DNA from: Oscillospiraceae bacterium
Lineage (GTDB): Bacteria > Bacillota > Clostridia > Oscillospirales > Oscillospiraceae
Assembly (NCBI GenBank): GCA_045605145.1
Contig: JAZUPH010000073.1
Coordinates: 1,790 to 65,789, forward strand
DNA length: 64,000 nt
Direction of reading: 5' to 3'
The first letter of the stretch is position 1. Every line of letters starts with the position of its first letter. Below, piece by piece: positions 9,405 to 18,283 of this stretch. Made by a program: the position numbers and the translations under genes. Below the pieces are notes generated by a model. The model did no database searches, was not told the origin of the DNA, and saw only the letters and a list, made by a program, of their open reading frames with translations.

Positions 9405-9953
9405 TCAGCAGTCTTTGAGAATATCTATGTTCTTGGCAAAATACTCAACACCGGAAACAACGGTTGTAAGCACGATAATAACGGTGCACAGCCAGTTTAC
9501 CGTGAAGCCGCCAACAATGCTCACAGCGCCAAGAGGGGTAAGCATTGCACAGATGCAGACCATAGATGATGCGGTCTTGATCTTGCCGCTCATGGCGGCG
9601 GCCATGACGGTACCGTTGGAGGCCGCGATCATGCGCAGTCCGGACACGGCAAACTCACGGGTGATGACGATCATCGCAGCCCACGAGGGCATGGTGCCCC
9701 ACTGGACAAACACCAGAAGCGCCGCCACAACCAGCACCTTATCGGCGAGGGGGTCAATGAACTTGCCGAAGTCGGTGATGAGGTTATACTTTCTTGCGAT
9801 CTTACCGTCGGCGTAGTCGGTGAGGGACGCCAGAATAAAGATCGCAAGGCCGACCCACATGGCCCATGTCTCACCCTGCCAGATAAGCAGGACAGCCATG
9901 AATACCGGCACCATAAGCACGCGGAGTATGGACAGTTTATTGGGAAGATTCAT
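9405..9953 (-). CDS. pgsA: CDP-diacylglycerol--glycerol-3-phosphate 3-phosphatidyltransferase
   Basis: 182 aa with the CDP-alcohol phosphatidyltransferase motif DYADGKIAR..G..IDPLADK and multiple TM segments. Confidence 0.9.
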   Translation of the reverse strand: MNLPNKLSILRVLMVPVFMAVLLIWQGETWAMWVGLAIFILASLTDYADGKIARKYNLITDFGKFIDPLADKVLVVAALLVFVQWGTMPSWAAMIVITREFAVSGLRMIAASNGTVMAAAMSGKIKTASSMVCICAMLTPLGAVSIVGGFTVNWLCTVIIVLTTVVSGVEYFAKNIDILKDC

Positions 9954-9998
9954 TGTGATTTGCCTCCTGAAAAGAGTATATACAGCACGGCGTCGGCT

Positions 9999-11321
9999 TT
10001 ATTCACCGATCTCGCCGAAGGGTTCATCGTTCAAAAGTCCCTTTATGCATACATCATATATATAACCCGGCTGGGCATCGCCGGCGAACAGCACACGGCC
10101 GTCAACCTCTGGCGCCTCAGCCTCACTGCGTCCGTAGAACAGCAGCTCATCCTCATCAAAGCCCTCACACAGAACGCGAACGGTCTTGCCTATACGGCTT
10201 TCCTCATACTCGCGCATGATTTCGTCCTGCAGCGCACGCACCAGTTCGGCGCGTCGTACCGCAGTTTCCTCATCCACATGCTCCATCCCGGCGGCGGGAG
10301 TACCCTCCTCCGGGGAGAAGGGGAAAACGCCGGCGCGCTGGAGTTTATACTCGCGCAGGAAGCTGCACAGTTCTTCAAACTCCGCCTCATCCTCACCGGG
10401 CAGGCCGGTGATCAGACTGGTGCGGATGACGGCATCGGGCATTGCGGCGCGGATGCGCTCCAAAAGGGCGCGTATGTCACCCCCGCGGGAACGGCGGCGC
10501 ATGAGCTTGAGAATATTATCATTTATATGCTGCATGGGGATGTCAAAATAGTGCAGCAGCTTGGGCTGGCGCGCTATGGTGACGATAAGCTCATCAGTCA
10601 GCTCAGAGGGGTAAAGATAGTGCATTCTAATCCAGTCGAGGCCGTCTATCCTGCACATTTTATCCAAGAGTTCCGGAAGTGCCAACCTGCCGTATCTGTC
10701 GCGGCCGTAATGGGTGACATCCTGGGCGATGAGGACAAGTTCTCTTATGCCGCTCTGGGCAAGGGCCGTCGCCTCAGCCACGATATCCTCCATGCTGCGG
10801 CTCCTGTACCTGCCGCGCAGGGATGGAATGACGCAGTAGGCACAGCGGTTGTCGCAGCCCTCGGCGATCTGAATGTAGGCCCAGCCCGGACCGGTGGTGA
10901 CGATACGGCCTGTCTCCTCAATAGGGGCGGAGATGTCGCCGAATGTGGACGCCGTCTCTTCACCGTCCAGCGCACGGCGTAGCAGGGGCAGAACGTCACT
11001 GTAATTATTGGTGCCCATCATGGCATCGATCTCCGGCAGTTCGCCGAACAGTTCATCCTTATAGCGCTGGCTCAGGCAGCCCACCACGACAATCTTACCC
11101 AACAGACCTGCTGCCTTCAGCTCACCCATGTCCAGGATGGTTTCGATAGCCTCCATCTTGGCGCTGTCAATGAAGCCGCAGGTGTTGATGACCACGGCGT
11201 CCGCGCCCTGCGGGTCGCTGACCAGTTCGTATCCGGCATCGTCCAAAAGGCTGAGCATCTGCTCACTGTTTATCAGGTTTTTGGGGCAGCCAAGTGAAAT
11301 AATTGCAATTTTCTCGTTCAT
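9999..11321 (-). CDS. rimO: ribosomal protein S12 methylthiotransferase
   Basis: 440 aa. N-terminal LGCPKN, radical-SAM CDNRCAYC and a C-terminal TRAM-like domain. Confidence 0.88.
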   Translation of the reverse strand: MNEKIAIISLGCPKNLINSEQMLSLLDDAGYELVSDPQGADAVVINTCGFIDSAKMEAIETILDMGELKAAGLLGKIVVVGCLSQRYKDELFGELPEIDAMMGTNNYSDVLPLLRRALDGEETASTFGDISAPIEETGRIVTTGPGWAYIQIAEGCDNRCAYCVIPSLRGRYRSRSMEDIVAEATALAQSGIRELVLIAQDVTHYGRDRYGRLALPELLDKMCRIDGLDWIRMHYLYPSELTDELIVTIARQPKLLHYFDIPMQHINDNILKLMRRRSRGGDIRALLERIRAAMPDAVIRTSLITGLPGEDEAEFEELCSFLREYKLQRAGVFPFSPEEGTPAAGMEHVDEETAVRRAELVRALQDEIMREYEESRIGKTVRVLCEGFDEDELLFYGRSEAEAPEVDGRVLFAGDAQPGYIYDVCIKGLLNDEPFGEIGE

Positions 11322-11327
11322 TTGCTG

Positions 11328-11978
11328 TTATTCCATATCTTCAAATTCATCGGTATATCTGCGTATAGCGCGGCTTATATCCTCTCTGTCGAAGCCCCGG
11401 CGCATGAGCGCATCGGTCAGCCTTCGCAAACCGTCCCGATCAAGCTCACGGGGAGCCTTGCGCGATACAAGTCGATCAAGAGTATCGTCCGGTTCGGGCA
11501 GCTCAGTAAGCGCGTCCTCCCAGTACTCACGGGGCACTTTGCGCCGGCTCAGCTCGCTGACGGCACGGTGATAGCCGTAGCCTTTGCCGCCGCACCAGCG
11601 CACCACCTGACGGGCATATTCTTCGTCATTGATAAAGCCCACACGCTCCATCAGCTCCACGGCGTTTTCAGCATCTTCCTCGCTCTCGCCCTTGTGGCGC
11701 AGGCGGTCGGAAAGCTCCGCCTTTGACATGGGGCGGGTAGACAGCACACGCAGAGCACGGGCCTTTGCCCCGTCACGGGATGCATCGCGCCGGATCTGCT
11801 CCAATTCCTCAGCGGACAGTTCCCTGCCGCAGAACAGATCGTAGTGCAGGGCTATATCCGGGCTAATCTGTATGCTGTCGCCGCTTTCAAGGCGCAGATA
11901 CAGCCTGTCCGGTACGCGGGAGGGCGCAATGCTCTTTACAATGTCAGCATTTTGCGGCTGATGCATATCAGCCCTCAA
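11328..11978 (-). CDS. recX: recombination regulator RecX
   Basis: 216 aa helical-repeat protein immediately downstream of recA, overlapping it by 11 nt. Confidence 0.8.
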   Translation of the reverse strand: MRADMHQPQNADIVKSIAPSRVPDRLYLRLESGDSIQISPDIALHYDLFCGRELSAEELEQIRRDASRDGAKARALRVLSTRPMSKAELSDRLRHKGESEEDAENAVELMERVGFINDEEYARQVVRWCGGKGYGYHRAVSELSRRKVPREYWEDALTELPEPDDTLDRLVSRKAPRELDRDGLRRLTDALMRRGFDREDISRAIRRYTDEFEDME

Positions 11979-13065
11979 AATCCTCGGCAGACACGTTCAC
12001 GGCGCGGCCTGCCGCAACTGCGGCAACGCGAGCCTGAGGGCTCATCAGCTTATAGGCGTTGGCGCGGATCTGAGCCTCGACAGCTTCGGCCACCTCGGGA
12101 TTGTCCTTGAGATAGTTTTTGGCAGCATCGCGGCCCTGCAGGCGAACATCACCCACGGTGTACCATGCGCCGCCCTTGTCGATAAGATCCAGCTTGACGC
12201 CCAGGTCGAGGATCTCACCGATCTTGGAGATGCCTTCGCCGTACATGATGTCAAACTCAGCCTCTTTGAAAGGAGGGGCAACCTTGTTCTTAACCACCTT
12301 GGCGCGGGTACGGCTGCCCACCATCTCCTGCCCCACCTTAAGGGTCTCAATGCGGCGCATATCAATGCGTACGCTGCAGAAATATTTGAGTGCGCGGCCG
12401 CCGGGAGTAGTCTCGGGGTTGCCGTACATGACGCCGATCTTCTCACGAAGCTGGTTGATGAACACAACAATACAGTTGGTCTTGGAGATCACGCCCGCCA
12501 GCTTTCTGAGCGCCTGGGACATAAGTCTGGCCACTACGCCCACGGAAGAGTCGCCCATCTCACCCTCGATCTCACTGCGGGGAACAAGGGCGGCGACAGA
12601 GTCGATGACCACAACATCCACAGCACCGGAGCGTACAAGGGTCTCGCAGATGTTCAGCGCATCTTCACCGGTGTCCGGCTGGGAGATGAGCATCTTTTCA
12701 ATGTCAACGCCGAGAGCGCGGGCATAGGCGGGCTCAAGTGCGTGCTCGGCATCAATGTAGGCCACCTCGCCGCCGCTCTTCTGGGCGGAGGCGATAATAT
12801 GCAGGGCGAGAGTAGTCTTGCCGCAGGACTCAGGTCCGTAAATCTCAATGATTCTGCCCTTGGGAACGCCGCCGATGCCCAGTGCAAGGTCAAGGGACAG
12901 AGAGCCGGTGGGGATGGATTCAACATTCACCTGCAGGCCGTCACCCATGCGCATGATGGAGCCTTTGCCGTAATTCTTTTCGATCTGCGCAATGGCGGTT
13001 TCCAGTGCGCGCTGTTTATCATCCGCTCTTGCGGGGGAAGCAGTGTTGGTCTCTTTCTTAGCCAT
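11968..13065 (-). CDS. recA: recombinase RecA
   Basis: 365 aa. Walker [10 protein letters not shown], otherwise canonical RecA sequence. Confidence 0.97.
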   Translation of the reverse strand: MAKKETNTASPARADDKQRALETAIAQIEKNYGKGSIMRMGDGLQVNVESIPTGSLSLDLALGIGGVPKGRIIEIYGPESCGKTTLALHIIASAQKSGGEVAYIDAEHALEPAYARALGVDIEKMLISQPDTGEDALNICETLVRSGAVDVVVIDSVAALVPRSEIEGEMGDSSVGVVARLMSQALRKLAGVISKTNCIVVFINQLREKIGVMYGNPETTPGGRALKYFCSVRIDMRRIETLKVGQEMVGSRTRAKVVKNKVAPPFKEAEFDIMYGEGISKIGEILDLGVKLDLIDKGGAWYTVGDVRLQGRDAAKNYLKDNPEVAEAVEAQIRANAYKLMSPQARVAAVAAGRAVNVSAEDFEG

Positions 13066-13088
13066 GAAAAAAATCCTCCTCGCAGTTG

Positions 13089-13949
13089 TTATTTGTCAAT
13101 TATACCCGCTACTACGCGGTCGGTACCGGCGGTGTCTTTGAACATCGCGGTATAGGTAAAGCCGTTTTTATGTAATATCTCCGCAATTTCGTGGGCCTGT
13201 CCTTCGCCGCATTCGTAAAGGATGCAGCCCCGGTCTCTCAAAAGGACCTTCCACTTCGGAGTTATCACGCGGTAGAAATCCAACCCATCGGCGCCGCCGT
13301 CCAGGGCCTGATGGGGTTCGTAGTCGCGCACGGAGCTGTCCAGCTCCAGAATTTCCGCCGTGGGAATGTAGGGTGGGTTGCACACGATCAGATCGTAGCG
13401 CCCCAGCATCACCGGCGGATCTTTCAGGGCGTCCGCCTCCACACAGCTTGTGCTGCGCGACAGATTAAGACGGAGTGTATTCATCCGCGCCACGGACAGG
13501 GCGTGGGGCGAATTGTCAATAAGCGTAACCTTGCAGCCGGGAACATTGGCCGCAATGGCAAGGCCGATGCACCCGCTCCCGCAGCACAGATCCAGCACCC
13601 GGGCACCGTCATCCCGCCCGCGAAGCAGGTCGATGGCCTTCTGAGCCAGCACCTCGGTATCCATGCGGGGAATGAGAACATCACTGTTCACCGCGATGGG
13701 CAGACCTAAAAACTCCCACTCGCCGGTGATGTAAGCCACCGGCTCACCCGACATACGGCGCTCTACAAGTTCATCCACCTTGCGCTCGTAATCGGCGGAG
13801 ACATACAGCTTCAGATCCTGCAGCAGCTCCTCCTGCGTCTTGCCGGCAGCGGCAGCCACGATCAGCCGCGCCTCCAGGGCGTAGGCGTCGATCCCGGCAC
13901 GTTTTAACTTTTTGCGCGTTTCGAGATAGACATCACTGTAGGTGTTCAC
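13089..13949 (-). CDS. prmC: release-factor glutamine N5-methyltransferase
   Basis: 286 aa. SAM motif [11 protein letters not shown] and NPPY tetrad (VCNPPYIP). Confidence 0.9.
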   Translation of the reverse strand: MNTYSDVYLETRKKLKRAGIDAYALEARLIVAAAAGKTQEELLQDLKLYVSADYERKVDELVERRMSGEPVAYITGEWEFLGLPIAVNSDVLIPRMDTEVLAQKAIDLLRGRDDGARVLDLCCGSGCIGLAIAANVPGCKVTLIDNSPHALSVARMNTLRLNLSRSTSCVEADALKDPPVMLGRYDLIVCNPPYIPTAEILELDSSVRDYEPHQALDGGADGLDFYRVITPKWKVLLRDRGCILYECGEGQAHEIAEILHKNGFTYTAMFKDTAGTDRVVAGIIDK

Positions 13950-13966
13950 GCCAAAACCTCCGCAAA

Positions 13967-14917
13967 TTAATAGGCGTCGCTGCCCTTTTCCTCGGGAATG
14001 ACCAACTTCAGCGCCTCAATCGCCGCTTCAAGCATATCGTCGTCCGGCTCCTGCGTGGTGAGGTTCTGCAGGGCCTTGCCGGGGGCGGACATGATGGTGG
14101 TAAACCAGTTGTCATGGGCGCCGGCGTAACGGATGATCTCATAGCTGATACCCATTACCACGGGAAGCAGCAGCAGTTTTATAAGAACGCGCAGCAGCAC
14201 ATGCTCAACATGCACCACGGAGAAAACAAGGATGCTGACTATCATAACAAGGAACATGAAGCTGGTGCCGCAGCGGGGATGCTGTCTGGGCTGCTTGCGG
14301 CAATTCTCGACCGTCAGCTCAAGCCCCTTTTCATAACAGAAGATAGTCTTATGCTCAGCGCCGTGGTACATCCACATGCGGTTAATTTCCTTCATTTTCG
14401 TGACAAGCCACATATAGATGAGGAAAATGATTATTCTCAGCACGCCCTCAACCAGGCTGCGCAGTATGCCCGCACCAAGCACGTCGGCAAACAGGCCCGC
14501 GATAAACGAAGGCAGCAGGATGAACAGGCCGATGGCCAGCAGAACGCCCAGAAACATGGAAACCGCCATCAATGCGCTCTCCGCCTTTTCAGAGCCGATT
14601 TTCTTGTCCAGCCATTTGTCAAATTTGGATTTGTCCGCCTCCTGCTCTTCCTCGGGCAGGAGAGAAATGGAGTAGGTCAGCGCCTTCATACCCACGGACA
14701 GCGAGGTTATCATATTGACCGCGCCACGGACAAGGGGCCAGCCGAAGATTTTGCACTTATCCTTGGCGGATACGGTGGGTTCAGTTTTGCTAACCAATCC
14801 ATCATCGGTACGCACCACGATGGCCGTCTTTTCCGGCCCGCGCATCATGATGCCCTCATACAGGGCCTGACCGCCGATAGAGGTGCGGAATACTACTTCT
14901 TCTTTCTTTTTGGGCAT
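13967..14917 (-). CDS. DUF1385 (YqhQ-like) membrane protein, prmC-associated
   Basis: Start at MPKKKEEV (ATG 14917, RBS AAAGGAGAAC). IGGQALYEGIMMRG and YHGAEHK motifs. Sits in the usual position upstream of prmC. Confidence 0.8.
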   Translation of the reverse strand: MPKKKEEVVFRTSIGGQALYEGIMMRGPEKTAIVVRTDDGLVSKTEPTVSAKDKCKIFGWPLVRGAVNMITSLSVGMKALTYSISLLPEEEQEADKSKFDKWLDKKIGSEKAESALMAVSMFLGVLLAIGLFILLPSFIAGLFADVLGAGILRSLVEGVLRIIIFLIYMWLVTKMKEINRMWMYHGAEHKTIFCYEKGLELTVENCRKQPRQHPRCGTSFMFLVMIVSILVFSVVHVEHVLLRVLIKLLLLPVVMGISYEIIRYAGAHDNWFTTIMSAPGKALQNLTTQEPDDDMLEAAIEALKLVIPEEKGSDAY

Positions 14918-15091
14918 TATGTTCTCCTTTCGGCACGCGCCGAGGCAAAAATCCATATCTTGTGTTTCTTGCGAAAACAGGGGGCATATAACATCAATAT
15001 ATTCTATCATAAACCGCTTGAGTTTGAAAGTACTTTATTGTACAATTTACAATAAATACGCAACTTTTGTTCTTCGGAGGGGTGAGAGGAA

Positions 15092-15619
15092 GTGAGGATA
15101 TTCTATACGGACGTTAAAGACGGCGACGACCGCTCCCGTCTGGTGCGTCAGCTGTTGGATTGGGCGTGGAGGCGTGAATTCGGCGGCGTGATGCCGACTG
15201 TCCTGAAAACCGAAAAGGGCAAGCCTTATTTCGATGCCCGTCCAGATGTCCACTTTTCTCTGAGCCACACAGACAGCCACGTTCTTTGCGCCATCGGACT
15301 TGCGCCCGTGGGTGCGGATGTGCAGACACACCGACAGGTCTCGGACAGGGTGCAGGAATACACCACCGGAGAGCGGGAGCGGACCCTGTTCGATTTTTTC
15401 GAGCTTTGGTGCCTCAAGGAGAGTTATATCAAATTGAAAGGCCGATATACCGGACTTTTGCGCGAAACGGTATTTGATTTGCAGGACGGGTGCATCATTG
15501 CACCCGAGGAGGGCATAAGCTGCCGCGTGTATCACAACATTCCCGGCTGCACCGCCGCAGTGTGTTATATGGGCGATGGTGATGCGGAGCTGGTATATGT
15601 GAACAGGGAAATGTTGTAA
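15092..15619 (+). CDS. 4'-phosphopantetheinyl transferase, Sfp type
   Basis: GTG start. GKPY, FSLSH, GADV(Q) and W..KESYIKLKG motifs. Confidence 0.7.
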   Translation: MRIFYTDVKDGDDRSRLVRQLLDWAWRREFGGVMPTVLKTEKGKPYFDARPDVHFSLSHTDSHVLCAIGLAPVGADVQTHRQVSDRVQEYTTGERERTLFDFFELWCLKESYIKLKGRYTGLLRETVFDLQDGCIIAPEEGISCRVYHNIPGCTAAVCYMGDGDAELVYVNREML

Positions 15620-15634
15620 TAACAATATAAGCAC

Positions 15635-15672
15635 AAAACCGCACTGCACAGCAGTACGGTTTTGCTTTTTGT
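15635..15672. terminator. bidirectional terminator between the PPTase and GH31 genes
   Basis: Stem AAAACCGCACTGC/GCAGTACGGTTTT followed by GCTTTTTGTTT, between convergent genes. Confidence 0.7.
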
Positions 15673-15683
15673 TTGAAACTCAA

Positions 15684-18134
15684 TTACTTCGCCAGAAGGA
15701 GCTCGTAGACAACAGACTTCATCTCATCGCTCAGTGGCATGCTGTTTATGGCAGACAGCTTGCTGAGAATATCAGCCTTGCCGATAACGGTCTTATACAG
15801 GCTTTCCTTAGTCGCGTAGTCGATCTCAGCGCGGCGGATGGCGGTATAAGCCCAGTGGCTTACGGGGTTCTCGGCGACAACGGCATCATCCGCAACAATG
15901 AACACAACGCGGTCTGTGGGTGCAACGGCGCCGATATGCACGGTCTGCACATTACGCGTCTCGTCATATTCACCGGCGAACTCGCGGGCTGCGCCATTGA
16001 CAGCAACGCCGGTCACATTGCCGGGCTGCAGGCCGTAGAAGGAAATGCTGTACTCACGCTGGGCAGGAACCAGCTCTGTGCAGCCGTGGACAGGCTCGAT
16101 AACAAAGCTCTTCTCCTCGCCCCAATGGACAGCAAACCTGGTGATTGCAGACTTGCCCTCGCGGTAAGCCTCGGTAACGCCGTCGTCTTCATACAGCTCA
16201 AAGCTGCCGTCGGCGCCGACAAATACGCACACTTCAAGGGCCGCAGGGTTGGATACATCGCAGCCGATGGTCTTCTCCTCCGCCATAGGCAGGATGCCGC
16301 CAGCCTTGGCGAAGACAGGGATACTCTCAAGGCTGCGGTGCATATTCATCATGCGGCCGCCCTTGTAGGAGATGCCGGTAAAGATATCGTACCACAGTCC
16401 GTCAGGCAGCCAGGTCTTGGCACAGCCGGCAAGGGTCTCGGGATCTTTCTTGGAGGTGATGGGGTTGACCATGAGCTGAGAGCCAAACATATACTGGTTC
16501 TTTACAGCATATGCATCGGGGCTTTCGGGGTACACATAGTACATCGGCTCGACCAGCGGGCGGTCGTCATGCCACGCGCGGTAGTTCATGGTGTAAGTAT
16601 AAGGCACAAGGCGGTGGCGCAGACGGAGGAAGGCTGTCATTGCCTCCTCACTGTCACGGCAGTATTTCCACGGCTCTTTGGCGTTGAAATTGTCGTTGGA
16701 GCTGTGCATACGCATGATGGGTGAGAAAACACCGTACTGCACCCAGCGGGTGACCAGCTCGTCATCTGAAATGCCGCCGCGGTGACCGCCGATATCATGG
16801 CTCCACCAGCCGTAGCCCACATTGGACGCCGTGGCGGTGAAATAGGGCTGGAAGTTGAGGGAATTCCATGTGATGGAGGTACTGCCGGAGAAACCGATGG
16901 GGTAGCGGTGGCTGCCCAGGCCGCCGTAGCGGGAGAAGGTCATGCCGCGCTTGCCGCCGCGGGCATTGTCCAGATAATGATACTGGTTTAGCATCCACAG
17001 CGGGTCAAAGCCTGCCGCACGGGTGTTCTCGCCCTGCTGCCAATCCAGCCACCAGAAATCAACGCCCTCATCCTCCATGGGGTGATGGACGATGTTAAAA
17101 TAGGCTTTCCAAAAATCCTTACTGGTTACATCAAACTCAACAGGCAGTTCAGACGCGGGGTCGATACCCATCGCCTCGGCCATATCTTTATACATCGACT
17201 CATGGGCGCGGATTCCGTCAGCGGGGTGGACATTCAGGGTCACATGTTTACCCCGGTCGTGCATATTTTTGAGAAGTCCCTTGGGATCGGGCAGCAGGTC
17301 GGTGTTCCATGTATAGCCCGTCCATCCCTTGCCGTATTTGGGGTCGATGTTGACAAGGTGCCAACCCATATCAAAAACGGACACGGCGAAGGGAATGCCC
17401 TTATCTTCGAACTTGTCCATAAGGGCAATGTACTCATCCTGGGTGTAGCTGTAATAACGGCTCCACCAGTTGCCGAGGGCGAAACGAGGGATCATGGGCG
17501 TCTTGCCGGACAGGTGATAGAAATCTTTCAGCAGTCCCAGATAATCGCGGCCATAGTTGAGAAAGTAGACGTCATAATGCTTCTCTTCATTCACAATGGG
17601 CCAGCCATGCTCGTCAAGAGAGGGGGCGTTAGAATCGTCAATGACGGAAAAACCGGTCTGCGCCATAAGGCCATGACCAAGGCTAATCTTCTTCGGCTCC
17701 TGTGCACCAACGCCAGGGCGACCGCGGTGGACATCGCCGTCGCAGCCGTCAAGATTGTAATATGTTCCGCCCAGATTGCCCTGCCCTTCAAAATCTTTGT
17801 CGCCGAAGAACCAGGTTTCCTGCTTCATGAGCCAGCGGTTGCCCAGCATACGGATTTGCAGGCCGCGGGGCGAAAACTCCTCCTTATTATAGCTGAGCAC
17901 CATTTTTGAGGTAACTATCTCTATCTTTTCAGAGCTGTCTTTCACAGTGAACTCAGGCACAGGGAAAAGGCGGTTGATAACAGTTTCGGTCATTTCATCG
18001 ACGAAATGGCCGCTTTCGCTGTACTCCATACGGATCATTTTGTCTGTCAGGACAGTAAAGCGGTATTTATCGCCCTGAACGATGCTTCTCGGGTCAGCCT
18101 TGGGTGATACATTTTTTATGACATAATCTTTCAT
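15684..18134 (-). CDS. glycoside hydrolase family 31 (alpha-xylosidase/alpha-glucosidase-like)
   Basis: Start at MKDYVIK (ATG 18134, RBS CAGGAGGC). GVDFWWLDWQQGE and WSHDIGGH segments are typical of GH31. Confidence 0.8.
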   Translation of the reverse strand: MKDYVIKNVSPKADPRSIVQGDKYRFTVLTDKMIRMEYSESGHFVDEMTETVINRLFPVPEFTVKDSSEKIEIVTSKMVLSYNKEEFSPRGLQIRMLGNRWLMKQETWFFGDKDFEGQGNLGGTYYNLDGCDGDVHRGRPGVGAQEPKKISLGHGLMAQTGFSVIDDSNAPSLDEHGWPIVNEEKHYDVYFLNYGRDYLGLLKDFYHLSGKTPMIPRFALGNWWSRYYSYTQDEYIALMDKFEDKGIPFAVSVFDMGWHLVNIDPKYGKGWTGYTWNTDLLPDPKGLLKNMHDRGKHVTLNVHPADGIRAHESMYKDMAEAMGIDPASELPVEFDVTSKDFWKAYFNIVHHPMEDEGVDFWWLDWQQGENTRAAGFDPLWMLNQYHYLDNARGGKRGMTFSRYGGLGSHRYPIGFSGSTSITWNSLNFQPYFTATASNVGYGWWSHDIGGHRGGISDDELVTRWVQYGVFSPIMRMHSSNDNFNAKEPWKYCRDSEEAMTAFLRLRHRLVPYTYTMNYRAWHDDRPLVEPMYYVYPESPDAYAVKNQYMFGSQLMVNPITSKKDPETLAGCAKTWLPDGLWYDIFTGISYKGGRMMNMHRSLESIPVFAKAGGILPMAEEKTIGCDVSNPAALEVCVFVGADGSFELYEDDGVTEAYREGKSAITRFAVHWGEEKSFVIEPVHGCTELVPAQREYSISFYGLQPGNVTGVAVNGAAREFAGEYDETRNVQTVHIGAVAPTDRVVFIVADDAVVAENPVSHWAYTAIRRAEIDYATKESLYKTVIGKADILSKLSAINSMPLSDEMKSVVYELLLAK

Positions 18135-18230
18135 CACAGAGCCTCCTGATAATAGCTTATAAACGAATAATACAGCACAGTTCAAAGAACTTTGGGGCAG
18201 CTTTGTGGCAAAATTGCGTCATTCTGCCGC

Positions 18231-18266
18231 CAAAAAAACATCCGCAGCCGAAAATGACCGCGGATG
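18231..18266 (-). terminator. GH3 gene terminator
   Basis: Minus strand CATCCGC..GCGGATG hairpin followed by TTTTTTTGG. Confidence 0.7.
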
Positions 18267-18283
18267 AGCTTAACTTATTCAGT

